NCBI GenBank assembly: GCA_052426225.1
Contig: JBNJNM010000011.1
Coordinates: forward strand, 1,736,001 to 1,800,000
DNA from: Zancudomyces culisetae HAW-14-8
Lineage: Eukaryota > Fungi > Kickxellomycota
DNA: 64,000 nt
Direction: 5' to 3'
Position 1 is the stretch's first letter. Every line of letters begins with the position of its first letter. A model generated the notes under the pieces. That model did no database searches and was not told the origin of the DNA. It saw only the letters and a program-made list of their open reading frames with translations. Made by a program: the position numbers and the translations under genes. Below, piece after piece: positions 63,612-64,000 of the stretch.

Positions 63612-64000
63612 ATTTCTTTTATTTTAATGAATTGTATACTCATATATAGACTTTTCCATTTTTTGCTCTCAGGTTACATACCATATGTATTATTATAGAT
63701 TATATCAAAGCTGTATTATATAGTTATAAAAACAAAACTTGCTTATAAATTGGATAAAAACATCACAATTCATTGCGTTAAATGCTGCACATTATCATTT
63801 TTGGATGGAAGAGTACAGACCAGATAGTCAAAATGGTACGCGTGGGTGAACGGTCTGCTAGATTGATAGAGTTAGGTGATGATTTCATTTGAATGAATAT
63901 TAAACAAGATTTGGTCAAAAATATTCCATCTCAAAGATAGAGTGTTAAAGAGCCAACCGCATTTAGGTACAGTGGAATAGAGATGTTACATGATAAAACA

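Overview
Eukaryotic, AT-rich fungal DNA with short GT-AG introns. Gene content (CBM19-type secreted proteins, an expanded cAMP-receptor/Git3-like 7TM family, a Fungal_trans-type regulator) points to an early-diverging fungus, perhaps Kickxellomycotina/Harpellales; that placement is inference. Conserved genes: B-type cyclin, tRNA-Gln(TTG), SEC3 (6 exons), DBP2, CHD1, MPO1-like plus a tandem pseudogene, YTM1 (5 exons) and GCN1. Lineage-specific content: three secreted CBM19-like proteins (two become whole genes only after splicing), four intronless 7TM receptor paralogues, a regulator with no Zn2Cys6 cluster and a 4-exon orphan coiled-coil gene. Most notable signals: (1) a gene-scale saw-tooth purine/pyrimidine skew that jumps at promoters and appears to reshape the encoded proteins; (2) patchy homogenisation of two receptor paralogues (promoter and intracellular loop near-identical, ligand-facing parts divergent); (3) a stop-generating cryptic 3' splice site in the conserved DBP2 intron. 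Gene models were spliced and phase-checked by eye; no database searches were run.
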